From contig MU006092.1 of assembly GCA_010093705.1 (NCBI GenBank), positions 1,134,350-1,198,349 on the forward strand: DNA of 64,000 bases, in the 5' to 3' direction. The position numbers were made by a program, and so were the translations under genes. The stretch's first letter is position 1. Each line of letters opens with the position of its first letter. The DNA is from Patellaria atrata CBS 101060. Its lineage: Eukaryota. The notes under the pieces were generated by a model. That model saw only the letters and a list, made by a program, of their open reading frames with translations. It was not told where the DNA came from and ran no database searches. This document shows positions 52,773 through 64,000 of this stretch, piece by piece.

Positions 52773-54781
52773 ATGCCCGCTAAACCCGAGAAAGTAAAGC
52801 ACGGTGTTGCACAAAAAGTCAAGAAATCAAAAGATCTCAACCCAGAAGAAACCACGAGTTCAGACTCAGAGAGGAATAACAAGCAGTCCAAGAAAGTAGC
52901 ATTACCTTTCAAGAGCGCTCGGAAGAAGAGGTGTCGAAGTGATGAGGATTTCTTGATTGAGGATGGAGATTCCACTGCGGAGCTTGAAGTACCACTATCA
53001 TCCTCTGCTGTTTCAAGATCCTCGGGACGACGTTCGCAGCAGAAGGTAGCAGCATTTTATATATCCCATACACCAGAATCCTTAGACACTACTCGTGTAG
53101 GTGGACATAATCTCCGTTCTCGTAACGTTCCTTCCCGGAAATCGGTGATATATAAGGAAGAGAGCAGCGAGAGCGAAGAGGTCGACGACAGTGAAGCCGA
53201 GACCGTGGTGGAATCAACAGAACCGATCCGTCTTTCGATCCATCTTCGACCAATGGAGCCGTTTTCACGTAGCCAGATTGTGCAGGAATGGATCTCGCCA
53301 ACTCCAGAACCTCAAATGGACTACGGAGACTTCAAGGGTCTCTCAGAAGGCCAAAAAGAAGAGATTCTGCGCAAAGAAGCTGAAAATAATTGTATTGAGC
53401 GTCCCCAAGGGTATAACGTGTCCTTTCACTACAATTCTAAAGTTGAACAGCACCATTTTGGAAAGACTCACCCCATGAAACCATGGCGTTTGCAATTGAC
53501 CAAGCAACTTGTCTTAGGGTATGGCCTTGAGTACGCTATGGATATGTATCAAACAAGACCCGCAACCAAACAAGAAATCGCAATATTCCATGATAGAGGA
53601 TATCTAGACTTCTTGGAACTGTGAGTGTCATCTTCAGCGATTTGTAGATGAATATACTGACCCTTATGTAAAGAGTGACACCAAACAATGTCGACGAGTA
53701 CAGGGACGAGCAAAACAAGTACAACTTTGGTATTGAGTTCTATGATTGTCCTGTATTTGATGGGATGTGGGACTATATATCACTCTACAGCGGTGCCACT
53801 ATGGACGCAGCTCGAAAAGTTTGCAGCGGCCAGTCTAATATCGCCATCAACTGGTCCGGAGGCCTCCATCACGCAAAGAAAAGTTCAGCATCTGGTTTCT
53901 GTTATGTCAACGATATTGTACTCGCAATACAGTACATGATGCAGTATTACAGTCGTATTCTATATATTGACATCGACGTCCACCATGGTGACGGCGTTGA
54001 GCAAGCTTTCCATTCCACTAACCGAGTTATGACTCTCTCCTACCACAAGTATGCTCCAAATGAGTTCTTCCCTGGGACCGGAGGGTTGGATGAAACTGGA
54101 CCCAAAGACACATACAACGAAGGCGCTCACCATTCTCTCAATGTCCCTCTTAAAGATGGTATTGATGACCATGAATACAAGGAGCTCTTCAAGGTGGTCA
54201 CCGGTCATGTGATCGAAGCTTATAAGCCTCAAGCAATTGTGATTCAATGTGGTGCAGACTCCTTAGGTGGTGACCGCTTAGGAAGATTCAACCTCAATAT
54301 CACAGCTCACGGTTACTGTGTCGAATTTGTGAAAGCGACTCATTTACCTCTTCTCATCATCGGCGGTGGCGGATATACGCCCCGTAACGTTGCCCGCACA
54401 TGGACGCATGAGACAGCCTTATGCGTTGGCGCACAGCTTCACGATGACTTGCCATGGCATATCCCGTACCGGCGCGCATTCTCTGGAGAAAGAAATGGTG
54501 ATGGCAAGCTTTATCCGGACCTCAGCACCGTTTCACTCAAACAAAATCAAAACACAGCAGAAGAACTTCATACTATTGTCAAGAATGTGCACTGGGAGAT
54601 GAGATATGTACATTCCGCACCTCATGTACAGATGGACAGGTTACCGCCTGCCTATGACAAAATTCGGGACGAAATAGACAGAGAGATTAGAGAGGAACAG
54701 GAAGAGAAAGATAGGGACGAAGCAGCAAGAAAGAGGCGAGAGAGAAACGTTGGAGCTCGGGGTGAAATGAGGATGAGGTGA
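52773..54781 (+). CDS. HOS2: Class I histone deacetylase, Hos2/HosA type
   Basis: HHFGKTHPMKPWRLQLT, GGLHHAKK, DIDVHHGDGV, CGADSLGGDRLG and GGGGY motifs. Exons 52773-53620 and 53674-54781. Alternative start at 53253. Confidence 0.92.
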
Positions 54782-55640
54782 TGGTTTAAATAGAACTCTT
54801 ATGGTGCTTCCGCTGGTGAAGCATTTGAGGAGACCAAGGTTCTATGCTTCCACTATCAGTCACAGACTTTCTGGATTCCAGGACGCTTATATGAAAAGTA
54901 CGTCAATTCTCGTTGGATAATTCCGAACACTATGAAAATCAACCCCTCCATAAGGTACAGTCTGGTTCTGCCGTACAGTCGGCTTTCCCACGAAATCATC
55001 TTCCGGTAAGAGCGAATTAAACAAGCAATATTCACTGTGGCGAAAGGGTCGGACTGCTTTATAAATATAAGTAGTACAGATCGAACAATCATGCCTCAAA
55101 GAAAATTTTCGAGGGAATGGCTACACACTGGTTGAGAGATCATCTCCTTGACCAAGTTAAACGTGCTATTGCTTGTGGTACAGCTAACTTTCGCGAGAAC
55201 GACTCGAAACGCACTCTTCTGTAAATTTATACCGCTATGAAGTCGGGGTCCGAAAACAGCGTAAATGTTTGTAGCTGTTTGACTATGACTAGTAAGGCGT
55301 GGATCTAAAATGTGTAACGGAGGTAAATAAAAGTATTTTGAGGAGCTCATAACTCATTGAATTAAGATATAGAGCCAGGTATTCGCTCTAGAGTTTGGTA
55401 CAAGAAACCTATCGTTTAAGACAGGTAAAGTCAAGAACCCAGCGCCAGGAAGTCTAAAGTTAGGAAAGGAAATGTTGGCCGCAGAAAAGCTACTTATTAT
55501 GAACCGCCATTAGTCCCGTAGAAGCATCTAATAGCTGTGTGTATGGACATTCAAAATCCATTGTAAAATCAAACATAAAAAGGAAAGACTGGAGGGAATG
55601 ATATTATATGTATATCTAAGGGATCGCTCCTTGCTCTTTT

Positions 55641-56427
55641 TTATTTCTCCTGGCCCGTAAGTAAGGTATGTGCGGGGGCATTCAACTTCGCTCTCCCCTT
55701 GAGAAAATCCAGCTCAAGGATGAAGATATAACCAATTAGAGAACCACCTAGTTGATGTACGAGAGAACCTGCTGCTGCGGCGGAGCCACCTAAAATCTAG
55801 TATTAGTAAATGATCCTCAAATGAAAGTCTGTGTAACCTACCAGTCGCAATGATATCATCAACAATCAGAACCTTCTGTCCGGAATTGATAGCATCCTTT
55901 TGCATTTGGAAAAAGTCTTCTCCATATTCTTTCTTATAGGAGGCAGTTTCCGTAGGTCCCGGGAGCTTGCCTTGTTTCCTCACAGGTACGAATGATGCAC
56001 CTAACCTCAATGCTAATGAGGGTCCGAAAAGGAAACCTCTCGCCTCTAGACCAACAACAACGTCTGGTTTGTTTGCTTCTCCAAAGGAAGATACGACTTG
56101 TAGTTCTAGTGCCTCCAGCAGGAGGCCATGTAGTTCGGGATCGGCAAATATAGGAAGAATATCCTCGAATATGATACCTGGTGAAGGGAAATCGGGATAT
56201 TGCCGAAGAGCCCGGTGTAGGCGGGCTTTGATTATCTTAAGATCGGGCTGTTGGGAGGAGCTGGAGGCGGAGGTGGAGGGCTTTCGTCCCTGTCCGGCAT
56301 TGGTAGTAGGATCTGCTTTAGAGGGAGGCGGGTGTGAGGAGGTTGAGGGAGAGATACGGGATGCCAGAGTTGAGTCGGGATTTCCCTGGGCTGAGTTTGA
56401 GGTGGAATCGGTAGGTTCAACAGTCAT
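55641..56427 (-). CDS. APT1: Adenine phosphoribosyltransferase
   Basis: [32 protein letters not shown] and [13 protein letters not shown]. Exons 56427-55842 and 55789-55641. Confidence 0.95.
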
Positions 56428-59400
56428 CTTGAGGAAGAGGAAAAGAAAAGGAAGAAGGCGGGCAGGGCCGCGTATGAAAAAAAGGTTGAGAAGAATTTCT
56501 TTGGTGTAGTAAGACGCAAGATGGTCCGTGAGATAGGCGCGGGCTACCTAGCAGAGAGTTTACAAGGGCAGTTCGCTTCGCTCCAGCTACATTAAAACCT
56601 GGGCCGCTGGACTATCTTTGGGTTGCTTCGGTGCTTCTGGTCTTTTTGCTGCGTAAGGTTGATGGTTGGTTGCCTGGATGCTTGGACCTATTGAGTATGG
56701 ACCTTGGTGGTTGTTGGTGGGGGGGGAAGTAGAGGGAAGCTGATGGTGGGGAAGTGAACTGGAAAATGTTATTAGTTCCAGATAAAAGCAATGAAGACAG
56801 CGTCGGCCCAAAACAAATTATTTGAAGGTGCAATTTTCACTGTCCAAATCATCGCATTTCGTTCAGCCGTTTAGCCACCTTTTATCTCTTTCGAAATCTG
56901 TGATGCTAGGACGAAAACATGTAGCTGAGCAACAATGATAGTTCTACACGCCCCCAAAGTACACAAGTTGCGGTCACAATGGAACTTGAATCTGTACCAT
57001 ACAAACATCAAATGTGCCGCAAGAGTCGCGACACGCTTCGCGGGCGGAGAATGGGGAAAACTTTCAAATACATGTTCCTTGTACAATTACAGGTACTGTG
57101 ACTCTATCGCTTCTTCACTCTTCATCCCGCTCTCAGCCTTGATGAACCGCGCCGTTCTACCGGGAGAGAAGAAATTATATACTACTTTTATTCATCCACC
57201 GCTCATTCACCCACCTCCAAACCCTATGGGCAATCTGCGAATCATCAACTGCTAGCACCAAGCCCTAGCCGCTATCGTACAGTAAGGTATGCACTCATGT
57301 CCTTCTTATGTACGTCTGCCTCAGATCTAAGTGCTTGATCCGGAATTGACCATCAGCATCCCCGACCGGCACCTCAACAAGTTCCACTATGGCGTGAGAG
57401 AGACGAGGGATAGGCCTGTTACGTGAGTGACGCGAGGAACGGAGGAATGCCATATGCACTCAGCGGCTCGATAGGAACCCGATACGTGAGTAGCGACCTA
57501 CCTCTTTGAGTATCTATCTTCTTTCTTTTCGTCGTTCCATCCTCGGGTTTCACATGGAAATGGTTACCACTGCACAAGGACGAACTTCAGGCATTCTTTT
57601 TTTGTTCCTCCACTGGACCATGTTCATCTCATTGTCATCATCTCGGCTTAAGGTATCAGGGCATCTACTTACCAGGAGCGCCCGCCAACAAAGCTACGGA
57701 GTAATGTCCTCCAATATCCTCACATTCCTCAGTTACTTCTAGAATTACATCCACCTGAGTACGTTGGCTATACATCGCAAGTTGTACAAGTACAGAACAC
57801 TTTTGTGAGGTTTGTCTTCTCGATATATAAACGTTCTGTGGATTGTACTTCCCGAGAAGTATAATTACAGACCACGTTCGTATGGCCATGTATTCCCTTT
57901 GGCCAACTTCCTGATCTTATCGCACGGTGGGGGCGCGAAAGTTAACTAGATTAACGGACTGGGTAACCAAGAAGACTAATTCTAGGTTCCAACCTGCTGG
58001 GAATATAGTATACTATTTGCGTTCGACCTCAGAAATAGCATTTCCGTTTGTTTCTAGCAAACGGTATTCTACAATACAGCTCAGAAGAGACATACGGGCA
58101 CAATGGGTATTCTTCCGGCTCTGACGTCTAATGTCGCCGAAAATACCCGAAGATGCCGAGTGTGCCGAAGAAGTATGCTCACCCGCTTGGTATAGGAGTT
58201 CAATCCGTTTATTGCTACTCATTTTGCGATCTAGTCCTATCTATAATCCTTATCGTCGTTCGAAGATGGATACCGTACAGTACGATGTCTCATATCTCAT
58301 TCGTTTCCTTATCCTTACATTTTCCGCCCCCGTACGCACTTTCTTCAAGCCCTCTTTTCTCTGCTGTATTGGAGAGATGAACACGAATTAGGCACTCCTA
58401 GCTCTACAGTTCACTTCAACGTAAAGATCAGTGTACTGCGCACTCTTCTTCAGTTCATGAAAAACTCTAGCGTACATGGAAAACGAGGATGTACGGGAGA
58501 CTCGTAAGAGCACGGATGGGCCAACCATATAGACGCGTTTACCGTACACTTCCTCACCATGCTGTCTCTGATCGCGTTGTAGTGAAAAAAAAAAATAAAA
58601 AAATAGAGCCGTACCAGGAACTTGTAGCCGTACAGTCCGCTTTATTATACGGGGCATAGGATTCCTTAATACTTTAGACTCCACCGTCAGTCCGGTGCAA
58701 TAGACTCCAAATGAGTGTTCTGTACAGATATCGAGCTATCGACATTGTGGTAGGGGGGAGAATAACATCCGCTTCGACATGGTTCGCATTCCTCAATCAC
58801 TGTATTCTTGTTCAACATCTGCTGCCAGCCTGCTGAGCTTGAAGAAGTCTGAAGATCCGTGTAGTTAGTAGGGTTCAGTCAAGTATAAGGTTTGGAGTCT
58901 TTTGCACGCTCTATTTCTCCTTGCACAGCAGAGTGAGGTGACCGGTTTATAGATGAACATGCTCTAAGCTATTTCGATCAGGTACGGAACATGTTTAACT
59001 ACGAGTACCTTGTATAATAAGGTCATGAACGGATTTTATTTGGAATGTGGAGCAGACTGGGAAAATTCTACGACGCGATCAACTTATCTCTAAATGCGTA
59101 GCATCAATCAAGATCTGATGAGATACATTAACTTCGAAACAGCATTCTATTGTGCTTGGAGCCTCTATTGGAGAAGAAGAAGAAGAAAAAGATAAGAAAG
59201 TATCTCTACATATGCTCCGTACGAGACAAGGTTCAAGTACAAAGATACACCGAAGAATTCCCTTACCGTAATTCAACCTCACACCTCAAGTCTTTTCAGC
59301 AAGCCACATTTGAACTTCAAACTCAGTGGCAAACTTCAACGGTTATACTTGCCTCCATCATGAGATCTGACTTACAGCATTGGTTCAACCCACTGCAAAC

Positions 59401-59571
59401 GCATGCAAAGAGAATCCCCCGCCTTGGCATTCAGCTCTGAGTGCAGTTTGACTTTGGCTTGATGATATGCTTAAGGTCGTAGATTCTCTTAAATACGCAA
59501 AGAGTCTAGTTATAAAAGATTTCTTTTCAACAATGTCGCGTAGGCTACTGCGCTCATCATACAAATACACC

Positions 59572-61583
59572 ATGCTACCCTCTAAAGACGCCGTTATCTC
59601 TGCGGATACTGTTCAGCCTCAAGAAGGTGACATCCACGAGGAAGAACAGAATGTCAGCCGTTCAAAGAAATTGTACAGTCGTGAGAGGTGAGTCAAAATA
59701 CGTTAGATATCTCTTCGCTTCCCATACTTAGGTACGCCTTGATTATTGCACGCTTGTCATTTCCTCTTGGGTGGGAAGTCATATGTACATCTCCAAAGGG
59801 ATTCCGAAATATGTACGATAAGTGCATGGAGAGCTTAGAGCCCGTTGTACAGCATGATTCGGCCCGTACAGTGAAGTGAAGACAATGTTGGAGCAAGCAT
59901 ATAGCAAGCTAGGAGGGCCATTACCAAGGGTATGAATTCTTTATTCGTTCGATCTAACGCTTCCTAGATTTTCTGGCGCTCTGTTATTCAATCTCGTCGC
60001 ATTAATCTTGCCCGCCCTCTATGGCACACTGTCCAAGCTATGGATTGCAAACCTCGACCGTTCGATGGTTGTGACTGTAGATTCTTACACTTACATAGGC
60101 GTAGTCGCTGAAGTCATCAACGAAGGACTCCCTCGTGCGGCCTGGTTGATTATTGGGGACAAGTCTGCTCGCTCTTTATCCTCGCGGATTACCCTTTCCC
60201 AGACCCTAATTCTTTTCCAAGCTACTCTCGGATTACTCGTCAGCTTGATCATCCTTGGAGCCGCTGAAGAATTTGCTGGGAAATTTGTCCCAGTCGAAGT
60301 ACGCCAGGCGAGTATAACATACGTCCGTATTAGCTCCTTTTCCGTGCTCAGTGGTGCTATTGAGGTAGCAGTTGCGAATGCAACGAGAGCGTTGGATCAT
60401 CCGGATGTGCCAGTTATCATCAGTCTCGCTAGGTTCGCGACCAATATTGTTTTGGATTTGTTACTTATCTCAAACTTCCACGTCGGGAGCTTCCATCCAT
60501 CCGCAAATACCCAAGCTGGTATTCGTCTAGCATGTGACTACGCTGCGGCAACTGCTGGCCTCCTCTATTTCAGTTTCATTGTTTTCAAGTTGCGCCGTAC
60601 AGAACAGCTTCAAGACACCCCCAGAATAAGTACCAGGGCACTACTTGTGCTCCTAAGGCCTGGAATCCCTACTTTCATCGAGTCCGCAGTACGGAACGCC
60701 CTTTACCTCTGGCTGATAACTAACATTGTCTCTATGGGAGCTAACTACGCGACGGCGTGGGGTGTTTTCGTGACTATTCGCTGGGGACTCGTCATGGTGC
60801 CGGTTCTGGCTCTTGAGGCTACTGCGCTCGCTTTTATCGGACATAATTGGGGTCAGTGGCGAGAAGAGGTGGGTAGTGATGTTTCCAAAGCTAGGGCGGA
60901 CAGGTCGCGAATTCTAGGTATGTCATCATTTTTTTTTAATTCCCGCCGTCCCCTGTGGTTAGAACTGTACGCTTGATACTTCCACGGAGAACACTCAGAG
61001 CTAGACTTTCGAAGCTACTATGAGGAGATATATGGTGCAGGCGTTGTATATAAAGCTTGTGACCAAGCGCACACCAACCCAGAAACTCAATAACAGCGAA
61101 GCACCAACTCCCACACTAACCACCCATCCAGGAATCGTACGCCCGGCCCTCATATCCGCCAGCACAGCCCTCGCCATCGAAGTCCCCCTCTGCCTCTTCC
61201 TCTCATTCCTAGGCTGCAAGCCCTTCGCCCGTTACATCTCCAACTCGGACCAAGTAGCCACCATAGCAGCACACATGTGGCGAACCATAGACTGGTGCTA
61301 CATCTTCTACGCGCTGTCGACCCAGATCGCCACGCTACTCCTAGCGACGGTTCCCCGCTGGTATCTGTACCAGTCCCTCGCGTCGAATCTGCTGTACGTC
61401 CTGCCTTGGGCAATCGTGTGTCAGGTTGCGGATTTGAAAGAAGAGGATGCGTGGACGTATCATGCGTTTGTATTTGGGGGGAGTCTGATGTTTAGTTTTT
61501 TTGTTGTCGTGCTGGGTGTGGGGCTTTGGGTGTGGAAACTGGGGCGTGGTACGCTTGGGTTTGATAAGGTCCGGTTGACATGA
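59572..61583 (+). CDS. Multi-pass membrane protein, probably MATE/MOP-like transporter
   Basis: Exons 59572-59687, 59968-60917 and 61132-61583 (505 aa). Many hydrophobic segments with MATE-like spacing ([27 protein letters not shown]). Confidence 0.7.
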
Positions 61584-63219
61584 GATGGACGGGGGATTGC
61601 TGGTATTTTGCTGCGAGATTGGTATGTTGACGAAGGCACTACGGATAGATCAAGTGTACTCGCTATGTGGAAAGAGATGCGCAATTGGATAACTACAACT
61701 GTTCTTGTAGGAATAATCTTTTTGCCCATTGCGCGATTCCTGGTATATTGTACGCTCGTCTTTCAAGCGGTCTCCCACATCTCTGTACCGGAAGTCGAAA
61801 ACGTACAATTCGCTCCCAAACGTAATTAGGACCGTATAGACAGCCAAGGGCAGTAAGCTCCCAACTTGAGACGCTTCCCAGAAACTATCCCAACAAGCGT
61901 ACAAAGGCTGAGGAGTGCTAACGTTGACGGAGACGATATACCTAACTACCACCCGGATATTGTTAAAAGAACGCCTTTCTGGGGAACGTTTTACCATGTA
62001 GGATTGCGGTGCTGCACTGCACTGTATAGTAAAATAAGGCCTCAATCTTAATCCTAGATTTTGTCTCAGCTAACTACATGAGTATAATGATAGCACGGCA
62101 CATAACCGCTGATGTGCGCTTATTTTTTTATTTTTTTTTCATACCAATCGACTATTTGCGCCTTGCTTTTCACGTGGGTACTGAGAAGGAGAATGACTAA
62201 AGTCTCCTGCAAAGAATTGTGTGGAGTGACCTTTTGAAATCCTGTTTCACACGCGTGCTTTTCTTTCTGTTTTCTCGCTCCTAATTGCGGCATATTCGCG
62301 TGTGGCCGTTTATGCTTTGGCTGTTTCTATGATCTCGGGCTGGAGGGGGTTTCTGCTCGCAATGGCACTGTAGATACGGCTGCAGATGGAGATATGATGT
62401 GGTTATTCGACGGAAACAGAAAATGTAGTGAGAGTGTGAGGTATAAAAGATATCTGAGAAGTAAAACGTGAGTATCAAAATGTTAACATCTCCCACCGAA
62501 CACTAAGATCCGATGAGAACCGTGTGCCAGGTTTTACATAATGGCCGGAAATTTGAAAGATAGAAGAGGAAAGAATAGCTCTATAACCCTTAAAATACTA
62601 TCTAAAAGAAAACAGAGCAGGGTGCATGCGCAGTATTGTAGATAATGCAATACAATGGATTAAAAAAAAAAAAGAAAAAGAAACCAGAGCCACGAATGGT
62701 ATAGGGGGGTTAGTCCTCAGTACATACCAAGTTGAAATCTAGGACTATAGATAAGATTAGATTCCGTGTACTCCGTACCGGAGTAGTGGCTAATCCTGGC
62801 ACGGATGACAAGGGATTTTCCTAAAGCGACACTTACATTGGTTTCTATTCGAATTAGCGTTGACAGTGCAGCCCATATCAATCCTTGTAACTAACATATT
62901 TATTATAATCATTCCAGAGCCGAACATGCTCTTGAAGTAGTACAAATAAGAGCTGCAAAGGCTTGCATATGCTCCGTACGGTTGGGTGGATAAGGTTAAA
63001 TGGTGTAGAGTTGTCTCCGTCCTTGAGAATGCTGTGCAATGCACGGAGAATAAAGTGGGTTAAATCAGTTATGTTCAACCTTGCCAACAGGGTGATTTGT
63101 GGGTTGAGACTTGGAACTAAGATACGTTATGTGTAAGTTGAATCGTCGGCTGCAAGCTCGTCGTTGAGATCTATCTTATCAAGGTACATTGGTCTCGTCT
63201 TTCTATATGTCAATGCTTA

Positions 63220-64000
63220 ATGGATCTTTCGAACTTACCGGTTCAACCTCCTCCGCCAGGGAAACAATCCAACTTCGATAACCCCACAGACACGCTAGCA
63301 CCAACTCTCATCGTGGTGAATGGCGTTTTCGTAAGCTTAGCCTTCGTTACTATAGCGGTTAGAATCATCTCGAGGATGTTCATTTCAAGGCAGAAATTCG
63401 CATGGGACGATGGTGAGCTCAGTTGAGATCTCAAGATGTCAACGCTAATAATCTACGGAAAGGCTTATGAGTGACTGCAATGGTATGGCGAAATTTTCGA
63501 TCGAATATCCCCTTGTTAACCTGCTATCGTCCAGGTGGGCTCAATCGTGTATGCGGCTATCATTATCGACAGTAGGGAAGTTATGATCGTTATTCAAGAC
63601 TAGGTTGCTTATGAGTAAAAGATACGATATTTGGCTACGGCCGACACTTTTGGGATATCCGTGCGATCAGCCTAACTTCATCAAAAGTTTGGGTCAGTCC
63701 TCACCTTTGGCCAATAGCACTACTGTCCTTGAACTGATTCCCTGGCCGAAGCAATTAGGTTCGGTTGATATAGTTTACAGTATCGTAATCTACATCATCA
63801 AGATGTCTCTTCTCTTTCAGTACTGGAGACTTTTCAGCATTTACTCCTCGTCGCGAAGAATGATACATGGCGGGATTGTGCTTTGCACAATGATAATGTT
63901 GCCTTGTACTGCTGTTTCTCTTTCTCGGGTAATAATCTGTTCTAATTTCAAGGTGACTCCGAAATACTTCGAATTCTGTAAACTCGGGCCAGACAACACC
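63220..64000 (+). CDS. PTH11-like / fungal rhodopsin-domain membrane protein, 5' part; in-frame TGA in exon 2, so possibly a pseudogene
   Basis: PPPGKQSNFDNP, VRIISR...FAWDD, FGYGRHFWD and IKMSLLFQYWRLF family motifs across five predicted exons. Runs off the window end. Confidence 0.8.

Noticed and set aside
56600..59500. Gene relic in the 3-kb APT1-MATE intergenic region
   Set aside because: Only isolated splice-like signals and short ORFs, with no family I can identify.
23212..61583. Secondary-metabolite cluster (monooxygenase, enoyl-reductase-like gene, MATE-like gene)
   Set aside because: The genes are 15-20 kb apart among housekeeping genes, with no PKS, NRPS or terpene synthase and no cluster-type regulator.

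Overview
Eukaryotic, intron-rich genomic DNA from a filamentous ascomycete (Pezizomycotina; Dothideomycete-like is an impression only). I could build 22 protein-coding gene models by hand using GT...CTRAY...YAG introns. Most are conserved housekeeping genes: F-box-like, GFA/Mss4, MsrA, DUF4360-like, ERCC6L2-like SNF2, forkhead TF, cactin, XLF/Nej1, FAD monooxygenase, RidA, kinesin-8, Cys/Met PLP lyase, cyclophilin, epsin Ent3, MDR oxidoreductase, a large unknown protein, Spa2, Yng2, Hos2, APRT, MATE-like and a PTH11-like membrane protein. There is a 100-N assembly gap at 40913-41012. I saw no transposase, CRISPR array, rRNA, canonical tRNA or secondary-metabolite backbone gene. The most unusual signals are: (i) a ~160-nt highly structured element with Pol III A/B boxes and an oligo-T terminator that does not fold as a tRNA (1762-1927, minus strand); (ii) an in-frame TGA inside a 20-nt microexon of an otherwise intact PTH11-like gene; (iii) a 9-mer, CCGTACAGT, recurring at least 9 times, only in non-coding DNA; (iv) head-to-head Yng2 (HAT complex) and Hos2 (HDAC), and nearby NHEJ genes. 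None is established as a new system. All calls come from motif recognition by eye; no database searches were run.
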